The notes: generated from the sequence alone by a model not told the origin. Shown: positions 11,999-25,753, numbered from the whole stretch's first letter. The stretch is 59,881 bases of DNA, filler included, from Sphacelaria rigidula (GCA_964200075.2; 10 parts of 10 records of this genome joined end to end with filler, not necessarily neighbours in it); one strand, 5' to 3'. Made by a program: numbers and translations.

Positions 11999-13172
11999 GC
12001 ACTGTTTTAGGCTTGAGCCTCATCTCGAAGTTAAACCTCAATTCTCACAATTTGTTGTTTAATGAAGACTTGAAATACATCTATATTTTCTTCTCACTTA
12101 CTGGAAGAGGGTGGGAGTTGGTTCGAGCACACATCACGGGGCTATTGCTGCTGCAACATCATCTGATCAACACGATCAATCGAATACGTCAACGTTTTAT
12201 TAAAGTTCGAAGTTGTATCGTTGTTCTGAGATGGCGGATCAAGATAGTGCAGTGGAAGAATTGAGGGCGCTGCTCGGGGCGCAGACAAGGATGAATATAT
12301 ACGTCGAGGCTGCTCCGGAGAACACAGGCGGACGAATTGAGAGTTCCGTCAGTGGAGATCAACCATCATATCTCAATGGTGCTGGGGGCGGAGAGCGGGC
12401 AGGCGGTCGTAGAGGTAGAGCCACCACCGATAGTCTGCTGTCAGCTGTCGGTGAGGTTGGGATTGCAGGAGGTAGAAATTTCGCAATGAGCCCTAGGGAA
12501 ACGAGCAGCATCAAAACTACTGTCTTCAAGCTAGGAGGAAGTGTTGATTCTCCTTCATGGAAAGGACGATTCGAGCGGTTAGCTTTGTGTGATGAATATA
12601 TGCAGGATTTTTCTAGTACAATACTATTGCCATGCCCGTAGGTGACCCCTCGGTTAGTTCCCAGTTTTTGGTTGACCAAGGTTTAGTGAGACAAGCATAA
12701 GACGAGCACGTATTGCTTGGACGTGTCTAACAGAGAGTATCACAGACTATGGGTTATTAAGTAGTGTGTTTGACACAAACTCCCCGAGCGCAGGCTGACT
12801 GTGAACTAAGCTTCGCTAGGGGTGACGCGATAGAGTTACGGGTCCCGAAGAAGAACGGTGTCGTGCCCTGCTGCCGAAGGATCTCCAGAGCGAGGCGTAG
12901 TTCTCTTTCTTGTCATTTGGACAAGGATGCGGCCGTGACCGATGGTAGGCAATGATAAGAAGTGAACGAGGTGGTACAGTAGTACCGGCTACGTTCCACG
13001 GTGACCGCGTTTTTTTGGGCTCCTGTACCGGAGATTTGGGTTGCCTAGGTTGCCGAAGATCCAGCTTTACAGGTTTGAACGTTTCAGGTCCGATCATGAA
13101 TGTCACTGGCAGACCCCGTTCCTGAGACTGTTTCTCCGGCTTATATGTGTATTTGGATGTCATTTTGCTCAT

Positions 13173-13552
13173 ACATATAACACTATATTCGTGAGATTCA
13201 GAGGGTAGTTTTAGATTCAGAGTGAGACCCGAAACAATCGACTTTCCCGTTGATTTTGACATCGCCACAGTTCGAGGAGTANNNNNNNNNNAAAGATCCC
13301 CTCTTTCAGGAAAAAACGATTAGTGCCTGAAACAGTTTCAGTTCAGAAATGCCCGCCAGGCGTAATATTGCTTTGTGCGGTATCTCATCAACCAGACCGC
13401 CGAATTCCTCGAATGGGGTACTGTACGGTAGCTGCATGCACAGCACGTGTGCTCAAGCAAAAGAAAAGAAAAAGTTGCCTGTTAGGAACGCTAGAGCATC
13501 CACTCTGAATCTGAAACTACCCTCTGAATCTCACGAATATAGTGTTATATGT
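13173..13552. mobile_element. MITE-like element with ~55-bp TIRs
   Basis: ACATATAACACTATATTCGTGAGATTCAGAGGGTAG at 13173 is the reverse complement of the end of 13500-13552. Contains a 10-N gap. Confidence 0.75.
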
Positions 13553-16333
13553 GGTCTCGACATGACGCTTTTTCTGTTATTGGTTCCTGCCAAGAACCCT
13601 CTCGGGAAAATCGACGTGGAAATGCGTCTTCATCGAGTCACAGATGGAGAAAAAGAAAGATCCGATGAAGCTTTTGGCGCGCGTAGATAAGATTGTGGGT
13701 GTGCTAGTATCATTAGGGGTACCTCTGCCTGTAGAGCATATTAACCTCAAGATAGTTGAGGTACTCACAACCGACAACGAGTCCGAACAGCGTACTATCT
13801 TGTAGAGAGACAACATAACCCGGGCAGAGATATTAATTGTTGTACGCCAGAGATACACGCTTATGTCAAAGAATGGTACGAAGAACCGTGACGTTGGACA
13901 AGCTCTCGGTACGAGCAAGCCCACCCGGCGAAATCGCGACCACGACGGCGCCAAAGGTGGTAAAGGTGTTTCCAGTGGTACTGTAGCGGATTAAAACGAC
14001 CAGAATAGCAGTACGAACAATGTAGGCAAGAAGTACGACGCCATGTGAAACAAGTGCTGTCGTTGCTTAGAGCCGGGACACCGATGCTTCGACTGTATCG
14101 CACATGTCATCCCAGCCCCAAAGAAATCGCAGGGTGCTCTGGTGTCATCATAGCGTGTTGGTCGATTGGTACGCAACAAAGTAAGGAGGATGCAGTGGGA
14201 GAGCGTGATGACAGTTATGATGGTATTGAAAGGTGGATAGCTGATAGTAGAGTAGCATTTAATATGACTACAGCCCTAGCTGACTGTAGTTTTCCCCAAA
14301 TAATGCTGGAGGAGTGACAGGAAGGCTCGAGAAGGTCATATACGTATCCGATTCAGCTCAACTTATTCTCATTAGCGTTTGCGCACACACGAGGAGTAGG
14401 TGTCTCGACTGATGACTCGGATATGAGTGTCACTCTATTGGATGAACGTCTTAGGTTGAGGATTGATGGATCTGGATACTCAACATATGGTAATATTATT
14501 AATTCCGGTGATGGCTACGTCTCTTCTTCCTTGATGGTTCCTGAGTATATTGAAACTTCAGTGCAATCCGACCACCCTGTTCCCCTGAAGTTCCCTGTGA
14601 TAGCCCCCTGTAGTGCTGACTCATGCGAGACTGCCGTAGACATTAACCACCCCCAGGATTCATCGCGAATGCTGAAGCGGGTAAATAAAGTAGCGGAGAC
14701 AAAGCCACCGGTGCAACTGTAGCAGCCAGCTTCGCTGAAGCTGGGGGGGACGTCACAGTCGGGAGGGACGCCTTAGCTGGGAGAGGCCCCCGAGCCGAGA
14801 GGACTGGATGATTTCGATTCTGCTCCACCGACTCCGTTACCGTTACTGTGGAGAGGAATTCCTCGTCAGCGTCAAGTGACATTTCCAGCGCAGAGCGCAG
14901 ACAATGATGGTGAAAATGAGCGGGGTTCTCTTGGCGATGATAATCAGCCGGCCCCCGACAACACAACTGATTCTTTACTAGGTGTTGTTTTGCCATGGGT
15001 GAGTAGTGAGATATCTGCCGACGGCGATCTCTCAGTCGAGGAGAGCGGTTCGTCTTTATCGGACGAAAGTATTCCACTCCCAACGGCAGCGCGGACTGCG
15101 GCGCGGCAACTCGAGTCAAATCTGGTTGGATCTGGAAATGGTGAGGAGCTTGGGCGGCCCTGAGCCCAGACGCGCTCACTCAATCAAGGATCATCTCGGC
15201 TCGTGACCATGTTAGGGCCCGACGAAGGTGGCAAAATAATCCATGATCTGCTGGCGGTACAAGAGGTTACCCCTCAAGCCGAGAAAGTTTCCTAAATGTG
15301 TCGTCAACGAAGCGGGGCCGGAGCCGTTGTTATACCCTGCGGCGCGTTTATCATAATCCTGTGATGTGTGTATGGAGGTGATACGCATAGAGTTCCATGG
15401 ACTCATGGCTGCCGGAACGTTCGCGAAAGTGACTGACATTCCAGAGGGATGCAACATTGTGGGCGTTAAGTGGTTGCATAAGTGGAAGGTCATTCACATG
15501 GTATGTTTGGCCGGGCGAAAGCCCATATGGTAGCCACAGGGTACGGTCAGGTGGAGGGAGTTGACTAGTCTGAAACATTTTCCCCCACGGCATCTGCTAC
15601 TGCGCACATGTTTGTAGCGGCTATGGCATGTAAGCTAGACTGGGATTTGAGACACTTGGGTGTAGATCAGGCTTTGATTCAGTCGGAGTTGGACACTGCT
15701 ATTTACTTGCGCGCCTCCCCCGGTTGTGGATCAGTATCTGGTAAGGTAGTGCGCCTTAACAAGGCTTTGTACGGTTTAAAGCGGAGTGGTCGTGCGTGGT
15801 ATCGGCTTTTGTCCTCAACCCCGGTGTAGTGTGGTCTCAAGTACTGATTCGAAGATTTGTGTGTGTTTGGACTAAGCGTTGCAAATGACCTTGTGGCGAT
15901 GATGGTCTATCATGTGGACGATACCATCATAGAAGCTACAGTGAGGAACGTACCCGAGTTTTTGAATGCTACGTCGGACTTGAGTTATTTTTTCGGAAGA
16001 GTGCCGCCTTGAGATTTATTCAGTTGGAGCCTGATTGGATACGCGCGTTAACGGAGACTACGCCCATAAGGCGGAGAACTGACGCTCCGTTTCCGGTGTA
16101 GCTATTTGCTGTGGAGGTACGCTGGTGTCTTGGTTCTCTAGGACGCAGGAGTCCGTCACCCTATCTACAATGTAATGATGGCAGACGGTGTCAAGGAGGT
16201 CCTGTATGTGAGGAGGATTCCAAATATTCTAGTGCCCAGTTTAGCGCCAAAAAGCATTGGCGCTCTTGAGGACAACAAGGGGGCGATGGACTTAGCTGAA
16301 ACCCCTTGGCCTCGTCCATCAGGAAGTACATCG

Positions 16334-16583
16334 GAGTAATGCCGAGATAGCCCCCCCACAAGAAGTGCACCGGAGCCCGGCCGACAAACCGGCTGCGATC
16401 CCACCATTGGGCTCGCCTACAGCAATTTCGTCCACGTGAGAGGCGTGTAGCAGTCCGAAATCAGCTATAACGCCCATATGAGTTGCGTTGTGCAGCACGA
16501 AACCAGCTCTAACGCCATGTATGATCATCGCCTCTGTGCACTGTTTTGGCCGGTTCGGGGGGATGGCTATCTTGGCAGCAGTC
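16334..16583. mobile_element. Sola-like MITE inserted in copia RNase H
   Basis: TIR GAGTAATGCCGAGATAGC / GCTATCTTGGCAGCAGTC, with TSD ATCG/ACCG. Removing it restores KYIDVWYHF. Confidence 0.8.
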
Positions 16584-17067
16584 ACCGATGTATGGTACCA
16601 TTTTCTCAGGGAGCTGGTTGCTAGCGGCGACATTTCTGTGAGGTATCTTCAATCAGATGAACAGCATGCGGATATTCTGACGAAATCCACTGGTAGGGAG
16701 ATTTTCGAAAAGCACCGTGATTTTTTCTTGGGTAGGATGTACAAGTCGCTTTTTTTTGTCATTATTGTGGTGGCCCCTATCATTTGAGATAGGCGATGAT
16801 AGTAGGGAGTTCAATCTGATGTAGTTTATTCGATAACGATAAGATCATGCTTAGGCTTGTTAGTCGATAAAGCTGGGGAGAGTGTCCGATATAGTTGATC
16901 TACGAATATAAGGCAGAAACATGAGCGAGGATATTGCGGGATATTCGATTATTCGTGGAATGTTACTGCGAACGTTCCTCGTGATGGGAGAAAGGGAAAT
17001 CGTTCCGAGTTCCTATGTTTCAAAACCTAAGGATGGGCATATCGGTTGCGAATCTTTGTGCGGTTAG

Positions 17068-17896
17068 GACGAATAAAATCGTGATTCGTCGTGATTCGAC
17101 TCATGTTTACCACTTCAACTTATATATCATTCGATGCGTACATCATTTGTAACTCATACCGGTTTTGAGCTCTTGAGTCGTGCAGTACACCGGCAACCGT
17201 ACCTGTTTCCTACCTTCAGGTCATAGGGGGTAGATCATGGACACATATCAATCCCCTGCAAACAAATGCGGAATGAACCGATTGTACATGCCACCCACAC
17301 ATATCATGAGGCGTGAATGGCATCCACATCTATGCCATGTGTATGACTCGTGCGGAACGAAGAGTCGGCACATCGTTGAACCCTCTCATCTCATTGACCT
17401 TGCATCAGTCGTACTGTTCCCCCAATCTGCATGCGGTTGAGATGACTGCACTGCATATGTTATCCACCGTTGGGTGCATGTGGGATCAGCAGTTCATACC
17501 GGTTGAATGCTGTCATTTCATGAGTAGTCGACTCATATAAATCGCGATCTGTCCTACTCGTGCAAAGCTGAGCTCGGGTGTTTGTGGCAGTACACGCATT
17601 GTCAAACTCAAACCGCTCAATTGTGAGGGTGCAACGGACGCGTACTTTCTCCGAACTCTTGTAGAGAGAAGAATGGACGGAAAAAAACCACGGACGAATG
17701 CTACGGTAGGACAAAATCGTGATTCGTCGTGATTCGACTCATGTTCGTCATCCCAACGAATAAATTATACGATGCGTACATCATTTGTAACTCATACCGG
17801 TTTTGAGCTCTTGAGTCGTGCAGTACACCGGCAACCGTACCTGTTTCCTACCTTCAGGTCATAGGGGGTAGATCATGGACACATATCAATCCCCTG
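17068..17896 (+). repeat. Direct duplication (~185 bp, period ~639 bp)
   Basis: 17075-17257 repeats at 17714-17896 and is nearly identical in its 3' part. The second copy starts with TIR-like GACGAATGCTACGGTAGG (17693). Confidence 0.85.
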
Positions 17897-17996
17897 NNNN
17901 NNNNNNNNNNNNNNNNNNNNNNNNNNNNNNNNNNNNNNNNTTAATTAATTAANNNNNNNNNNNNNNNNNNNNNNNNNNNNNNNNNNNNNNNNNNNN
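17897..17996. other. Artificial contig spacer
   Basis: N44-TTAATTAATTAA-N44. Confidence 0.98.
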
Positions 17997-19431
17997 GGTC
18001 ACCGTGATGAGCGGTGGCAAGCAAAACAAGTTTGGACAATCTTTGAGAAACTAAGAAAGTACGGATTCTGCATACTTCTGACGCTGACTACTGTATGTGG
18101 GCGCACCAGCCGGGGTCACACAGGAGAAAGGCCAACACAGGAGACGCTGGCTGGAATCAAAAGTCAACATGTACATGGCAGATAGCGCCCGTCAGTGCTG
18201 CAAATGTTCGGCCTGAGAGATTGCTAAGGACGAGTATTGGATCATGTTGTTTTTCGATATGTGGAAAGGAATCACATGGTTCTTGTCCATGAACACCAAG
18301 GAGATTGCCTGCCTCCTGCCATCCCCAACCAACACCAAGGATGCACGAACAGCCCCATTCTTAACAGTACCGATCTCTCCAGAAAAACATATCGCCCATA
18401 ATTTTTTTTCTCTTTTTTCCCTCCTCTTTTCGCTCGAAACGTGACCCGTTTTTTGCCCCCCGCAGCGTGAACCTGAGGGGTGGCTTGACCGGAAAACCCG
18501 GCTCATCCACCGGTGGGGCAGGGTCCTCAGGGCGAGCCCCAAGGATTAGCGTCCACACCAAGGTCGTTGACTCTGTCGAGACCCAGGTAAGGAGAAGTTG
18601 CCAAGGCTTCTCACGAGCAGAGCAAGTTGTCACATGACCATCCCTGAATCGAGCACAAGTTTCGCATGGCCATCTTCAGGAACATGAGCACGTGAAGACG
18701 GCACACGTGTTATTCAGGACGCGTGTAAATAACAGCTAGTGACGCGAAAATTCGGATTATGATATATATGCCTAACTAAGATTACGTGTGAACGCTGCCG
18801 TGCAAGCGGGTCAATTAGACCTACTCTTACAACAGTACACTTCACAAAACCCTTCAGCTCTACTCCACCCTGTGACATTATTCATTTTCGAAAGCTCGAT
18901 GAGACAGTGCAATGTTTTTCCATCATCGGTCACCTTGGACGAGGGCGAGATTCGACCTTCGACCTAACCTCTCAGTGCCTGAAATATTGCGAGTGATGGG
19001 CAATTCGCGGAACCCTGATTGTGGATCTGACACTTCGATTCTGAAACGGAAATGTATTTGTGAAAAACGGGAACATGCATTCACGAATATACAGGAGACA
19101 TCACGTTGGTGCGACCGACCCAACCTGTGAGTGTTTTAAAGTTTGCGCGTAATAAACGGTAGTACCCGCTTTCCGTTCCGGTCAACTCCCGCGACCTTCT
19201 GCTGTGTCTTGCATTGAGTCTTCATTATTTTCCATCGTCAGCAAGAGTTTATGTTTTGCAGTAATGTCTGTGTTTTTGCTCCTTCGTAATAGAAATACAT
19301 ACATGGAAAGCGACACCGGTTGTTCCGCGAAGGTTTCTTGGTGCGCCTTTACTTTTCAGTCTTGACTTTGTGTATTCCTTGGCAAGAAGTAATGTTTTAC
19401 GATAAACATCTTCCTCTCACACTTTGCCCGA

Positions 19432-19900
19432 TAGTGGAGGGCGAACATATCGTGGGTACACAAAAATCAACTTCACGGTCGACGAGGGAACGGGACTAGT
19501 GAAGTCTTCGCGCGATAAAAACAACAGGCCTGCACCGCAGAAGGAAGGTGGGGTACTACAAACAAATTAAAAAAACAAAGCTCCTGTGTGACCCCGGCTG
19601 GTGCTCCCACGTATATACACCGAAAGGTGTAGACCGGAGCCATGCTATGGTAGTGGTTGACTTTAATGGCGAAATGTTTCTCGGGGTATTGGATGGGTAA
19701 TTTTAGGAATCGGCATCAAGTTATCTTGAAGAAGACTGAAAATGATGCCGATTCACGAAAAGGCCCCTGCGTACATTGCCATGTCAGCGAGAGGTTGTTT
19801 TTTACGATAAATATCTTCCCCTCACACGATGTTCAACAGTGGAGGGCGAACATGTCGTGGGCACACAAAAATCGACTTCACGGTCGACGTGGGAAGAGGA
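19432..19900 (+). mobile_element. SINE body fragments
   Basis: GTGGAGGGCGAACAT..CTTCACGGTCGAC occurs twice (19435, 19840), and CTCCTGTGTGACCCCGGCTGGTG at ~19580. These are reverse complements of the 2990-3362 body. Confidence 0.7.
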
Positions 19901-22248
19901 CTGCTGAACCCTTCGTATGTTCTTCACACTTTTAACACGTGGAACCAAATTCAGGGTGTTTCATCCACCATTCCGTGCTCTCAACGTTCGCGCTTCTCGA
20001 TATCTATCATGCCACACCCATGCCCGATCTTCCTTCTTCTACTCATCACATATAACACAATTCCGTAATCGATATACACGTCGAATATCTGGCTCAACCT
20101 CTTGGTAGGAGTCATTACCTTCACCATCTCCCAATTTATATTCATTTTTCCACGCCTTTCGTGGAGGACGGAGCCGCCGATAGGCGGCCCCGTCCGGTCC
20201 TTGTATATACATATATATATATATATGCCATGTGCGTGGCGATAGCATATCAAGCGCACAAGCTTCGAAAGTATCATTGAAATGATTTAATCATCACGTG
20301 TTAGTTGCTCACCGAGGAAGGGAAGTTCCTTGATGATCATCACGTTTTCTCCTGCACATACTTCTCGTGCTTGTACAGCATACATCCATTCAGTCCTTCA
20401 CGTAAGATACGTCTACACAGAGACATTGCTGCCTGACCGGCTATCAGAATAGAAGACTCGAGTGTCGACTTTGAAAGTCCGGCATAAATCGCCACTTCAA
20501 TGGTGTCCATTTATGACCACCCGATGGTCGACTGGCATGTGTAGCCTGGCGTGCGCCATTTGAACAGGGTTTCGTTTCGACACCCAATTCTAGCAAGCAG
20601 CCTATTCAGGTGCTTGGTCAGAACGGGAGAACACTTGCGGCCTTGAAATTGTTTGTGTTCGATAATATATTTCCAAGAACCCCGAGGCTACGAACAGTGT
20701 TTTTCTAGGTCGGCGTTTGTCACGGCACAGGGAGGCACTTTTCAGGAACGTTATGACGCGAGAATAGTGATCCGAAAACGTTTGATTTTTTGCTGTGGCA
20801 CACAAGAAAGAGGGTTCCAAGAAGGGACGTCGAGAGATAACTTTCTATATTTCAAAAATCGGAAATTGCAGACCCGGTTGGTGTGGGAACACACAAGGCC
20901 GCTCGAAACGTACGTGCACATGATCGGCTGTGCCAAATGTGAGCTCACATATCCACCTTCAAACGACGGCAAAGGCGAAAATCTCACGTGAACATCTCTG
21001 AAGCAGCAGAAGTGTCTCGTGACCACCCTTGAACCGCACCGCATGAATGAAAAATCTTACATGACCATCTGAAACCTTTCAACCTGTCGGATTTTTTCAA
21101 CGATTATCATGTTGAGCTTTTTTCGAATCACTTCCCACGCCTCCCCTCCCCTGGGAAGCCCCGTCTCGAAAGAGATGCGTGGTCAATGGTCAAACGACCA
21201 AGGCAAGCAACAAATGAGTACGCCTCCCCCCCCGCCCCCTCCCTTGGGAAGAGTCCGTGGTCTGAAGGGATCAACCCCATTTCCCCCCCGACAAAGCATA
21301 CGCCTTACATTTTGGTGTCGTGTATTGGATCATGACCAACGCTCCCGCACCGCGTCAACTCGCCCAACAAACTAAGTCGAACAGGCTCTTTTTGCCACTC
21401 AAGTCCTCACATTTCCAACCACAGATATCGGTTGGTTCAGAGAACAAAGCCGAACTAGACGCATCAGGCAGGAATCGAAGCCGCGTTTCCCCCGCCCTTA
21501 TTATTATTGAAGTGGTACCACTAGACTACTGGCGCACGGCAGGTCGAGTGTATGTGTCTGTGTGTTTCGCTGTTCTGCGCATGTGCTTGTTATCGCTGTT
21601 GTTGCATCTTCCATGTGTTTGCCCCCTTCCTGCCCCGCCGACGCCGAGGGTTTTACCGAGGTTTTCAATGGTGAGACACCCATGAGGCAGTGTAACCCGT
21701 GGCTGTCCCTGGAAGTAGTGATACCAAAACATAAAGCAACTAACCGGAGGCTGTCAGCTACATGCATGATAATTAGTACGCTTCGGACCGAACAATGTCG
21801 GCAGGATGGAGCTCACGCCGTTTCACGTTTGGTGATCGCGAGCCTGGTCGGGCGAAAATTCGGCGTGCTCCGTCCCAGCTCTGTGGGGATGCGAGGTCAT
21901 TGCTCTGATGACTATGGCATCCATATTTACGAGTCCCCACACCGAGGACGTGCCGAAACAATCCAATGGCTATGACATTCGGAACACCAGCACACCTCCA
22001 TCTTCCCGAAGACCTTGCTCAGCCAACGATTGAAACCAGCACCGTCCCCCAATGCGCAACCCCTCGCCTCACACAAGGTGTCCAAACACGATGTTTGACC
22101 GACACAAATCCCATCTTGTTTCATAGTAGTGAACAAGCGTCGAACCTCATGCCCTACTGTTCCCTCTATACACGACCCTGTTTCGCCCACCCACCCCCAC
22201 CCACCCCCACCCACCCCCGCGTTCCGCCGCGCCGATTTTCGACACCAG

Positions 22249-22414
22249 AAAGATTTGGATGAGATGTTCGACAAGCTAGCGTGTGACGTGCCACAGCAGC
22301 CGACGGCTGAGACCAGAGCCTACCTCGAGACTGTTCTGTCGTCGACCCTCATGGATCACCAGCAGGAGGGAGTGGCCTGGATGGTGCAAAGGGAGAAGAT
22401 CCCTGACCCCAGCG
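22249..22414 (+). CDS. Internal exon of a RAD5/HLTF-like SNF2 ATPase
   Basis: CAG|KDLDEMFDKL..STLMDHQQEGVAWMVQRE..DPS|GTGAG. Contains the SNF2 Q motif; the phase-1 end matches the next exon. Confidence 0.85.
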
Positions 22415-22451
22415 GTGAGACGAATTGGCAACGGCAAATGCAGGAATTGCG

Positions 22452-22492
<41 letters not shown>

Positions 22493-23308
22493 AACGCGTT
22501 TATTCTAGAAGGATTTTATGCCGTCGCGACAAGAAGGTGGACGAAGCCCCGTTTCTTGTTTTCTACAGCGTGCGACGTATACATTTCGGGTAGTTTTGAT
22601 CATGTGCGGAATGAACATCGCTGCAAGCTGCGAGTGTCAGTTACGGTAAAGATGTGTGGGTACCTACCCCCACTCGTCATTGAGCCCTCCACGGTCCAAG
22701 ATTTGTTTTTCTTTGCGGGAGCCAGGAATAGTGCGCGCACACAAAGCGAGAGGGTAGCGCGTTCAGTACGACGACCGCACAGCAAAATCGCATCCAACGG
22801 AGAAGAACTAGAAAGATGTGAAACAAAATCTGAAGGTAAGCCTAGAAATGGCTGGCCCCTGCAGCATGGCTTCGCGGGGAAAAAGGCGAGGCGCACAAAG
22901 CACATGCGCCCGTGTAGGAAATAAAACAAAAGGGCCGGGGGACCAGGTTGTGACTCACCTATTCCAGACCATACTATTTGGGCACGAAGTCTCACCCATT
23001 CGCCCTGTGGACATGATGCGCCGGACTGCTTTTGTTCAACACCGAGAGAAAATAAATAGCGAGAATCAAAGAGAAAACATGATGGAGAATGAAGGAGGGA
23101 ACAAAGAAAGAGACAAAGGAAGCGATGAAACTCAAGGGCGGTACTTACCGCAGCTAGATCAGCGGATACACTCGCGAAAATATCACTTCAGCCGAAGAAC
23201 GAAAAGGGGGGTGAAACAGCAAAGCAGAACAACATGGTACAATGAAACCCTCACCGCCGTCCTTCTCCTCCCCGCCCCCCTTCCCCCCCGTGTCCCCTCT
23301 GCTTGAAG

Positions 23309-23439
23309 GTCTGCCTCCGTTTTGGGAGACCCGGGTTGAAGGCGGCTCGCGCGTGTTCCACAACACCATCACCCGTTCGTCCACAGGGCGTCGCCCTACC
23401 TCCGTGCACGGGGGCATCCTAGCAGACGAGATGGGACTG
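23309..23439 (+). CDS. Next exon of the RAD5/HLTF-like SNF2 ATPase
   Basis: AAG|GLPPFWE..FHNTIT..RPTSVHGGILADEMGL|GTGAG. This is the start of helicase motif I, preceded by the LPPFWE segment typical of HLTF/RAD5-type proteins. Confidence 0.9.
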
Positions 23440-23894
23440 GTGAGCTGAAAATGGCAGAGGCAAACAGCAGAGATTTCTTGTCTGCTCTGTTCGTGGTCCT
23501 CTCCTTTCCTGCAGCATACCCGGAGGTTTAGCTTTTTGTCAGGATAAGAAGACGAAGCCACCTTTTTTATGCTCATCGTGGGTCTTCACCTGTGACTTCG
23601 GTGTTGCTTCTCCGAACCAGTTTCTTTGTCTGAGCCCCGTCCTTGTTGGGGGGGCCTGTCGGGTTTCGCTTTCCTGTCCGGTACTGTCATTGGGTCCGGC
23701 GTTTCTCTCCCCACTGACTCAGAGTCAAGTCGATTTTTATTTTTTACCTCCTTCCATCTTGTGGTTTACTCTCACGACTTTTTTTCTTTTCGTTTTTGTC
23801 TTTTTTCCACTTAATATAGCATGCCCCCCCCCCCTGCTCCGTCTCGAAAGGGATGCGTGGTTAATGGTCCAACGACTAAGGCAAGCAACAAATG

Positions 23895-23994
23895 NNNNNN
23901 NNNNNNNNNNNNNNNNNNNNNNNNNNNNNNNNNNNNNNTTAATTAATTAANNNNNNNNNNNNNNNNNNNNNNNNNNNNNNNNNNNNNNNNNNNN
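23895..23994. other. Artificial contig spacer
   Basis: N44-TTAATTAATTAA-N44. Confidence 0.98.
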
Positions 23995-24457
23995 TTTTTT
24001 TCTTTTTTTTTTTTTCCTTTTGTTCTGTTTCTTCTTTTTTTTCTGCTTCCCCCCCCCCCCCCCCTTTTTCCATTATTTTGCCTTGCGTTTCTTGAAACCG
24101 GCGCTAGCGGCAAAGTTCACCTGCAGAACGGAGAATCATTTGACGCTACCGCAATTTGCGTAGGTACCACTTCGGGGGGGGTTACGCTCAATGTGAAGCA
24201 ATTTCTTCTCTTTATATTCATCATGCTTCACTTCTTATGTCTTGTTTCTTTCTCACGCTACTCTTATACTCGATTTTCCTTTGTACCCATGTGTGTTTCC
24301 TGTCTTTTTGTTTTGGGTACGTCCACCACGTGACCAGTACTGGATTCGTAGCTGATCAGTCAATGTGCGAAAATCAAGTAATTGAATATATCAACCGACT
24401 CATCTTCTCACTGTCGCCCTAGTTCTCATCCTACATTTCCGTGTTCTCTTGATTCAG

Positions 24458-24547
24458 ATTTTGTGGGTCGCTATGGACGAGGTCACATTTGACTTCATGG
24501 ACGCTGCGGCTCCCGGATGTGCTGTCATATATCCCTATGAAGACTCG
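24458..24547 (+). CDS. Nucleotide-diphospho-sugar transferase (GT77-like), exon a
   Basis: CAG|ILWVAMDEVTFDFMDAAAPGCAVIYPYEDS|GTGAG; 90 bp, phase 0. Confidence 0.75.
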
Positions 24548-24901
24548 GTGAGACAAAGTATCGTGAAGCCTGCCTTGCTTGTGTGTATGAAACCTGCCTT
24601 ACTTGTGTGTATTGGGCCGTTAGACATGAAAGGCGAAGGGGGACTGAAGGCTCCAGCTGATGATAGCGCAATTATCGCCTGTCACTCAGTGTTCGATAAT
24701 CTCATGAATTCTTTCACATATGAGAGACGGGGATACCACCAAATCTTCACGCCCTCTGATAACTCTCACCATTCTTCTTTCGTGATGAATCGAACCAGAA
24801 CTGGCTCGTGAAAAGCTTGGGGAATAGCCTGCATACTTTGTCCCAGGATTTAACGTTTATTCTACGGTCGTGTTGCGGCGTACCCCGTGCCTTCACGACA
24901 G

Positions 24902-25087
24902 GAGCGGCATCACGCCATCAAAGCAGGGTCATTTAAAGACGATATCTTCAGAGACCAAGTCCTCGTTCGACCGATGATATTGCTAAACATTCTGAAGCAA
25001 GGATATACTTTGCTCTGGACCGACTCCGACATGGTCTGGTTGAGAGATCCGCTGCCGCTGCTGCCAGACTTGAACGACCCAACCGCG
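24902..25087 (+). CDS. GT77-like transferase, exon b (DxD motif)
   Basis: CAG|..RPMILLNILKQGYTLLWTDSDMVWLRDPL..|GTGAG; 186 bp, phase 0. Confidence 0.9.
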
Positions 25088-25612
25088 GTGAGGCTTTGTG
25101 GTCCTCTGCAAGGGGATGGTGGTGTAAAACTAAGCGGCGACCACGCCACTAATCATTAGGAAGGCTCATCTGACTTGGCTCTATATTTTGTCATGGTGAA
25201 TGCAGCTGCGGGTCGCGGCTAACCGTCTGACAGGAAGCGGAGCACATGAGCCCTTTGCGTGCTCCTCAACAATGCACCGGATTCATATTTTTTCGAAGTA
25301 TCAGCTGATCATGGATGCAAAATTCGAGGGCTGAAAGTGGGGTAGATAGAAGCACAGTACACAAGCTCCGGTGTCGTTTTACCTTGAGAAATGCCGCTCG
25401 AATCCCGCAAGTGCCAACATCCCGTGAGGGGTACATTTCACTCAACACCATGACGTTATTTTTGAGTCGTGTATGAATAGAGCAACTTACGTGGTCGCAC
25501 GGCGTTCTACAGAATGCTCATGTAGTCATCATAAAGATTGGCCACAAACGGCCCCATTTTCTGCCTTGCAACCCATGCCGCAATCTCCTGTTGTTATGTT
25601 TCATATGGGCAG

Positions 25613-25753
25613 GCTGGATTGATGCTTCAGTACGATGGAAGTGAGGAAAATAAGTGTACCTGCTTACTGTTCATGAAACCACACAAGTTGGTGATGAAGC
25701 TTTTGGAATCGTGGGCGCAGGCGATAGTCGATAAACACCCCGCTCAAGATCAG
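25613..25753 (+). CDS. GT77-like transferase, exon c
   Basis: CAG|AGLMLQYDG..CTCLLFMKP..LLESW..QDQ|GTGAGT; 141 bp, ends in the conserved DQ. Confidence 0.85.

Larger units (their letters stand above)
12230..17060 (+). mobile_element. Degenerate Ty1/copia retrotransposon
   Basis: Protease WIADSRVAFNMT (~14230). RT HLGVDQALIQSELDTAIY..LNKALYGLKRSGRAWY (15608-15829) and YHVDD (~15910). RNase H EDNKGAM, KYIDVWYHFLRELV and QHADILTK (16270-16690). PPT AAAGCTGGGGAGAG followed by TG at 16883. Outer boundaries are approximate. Confidence 0.85.
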
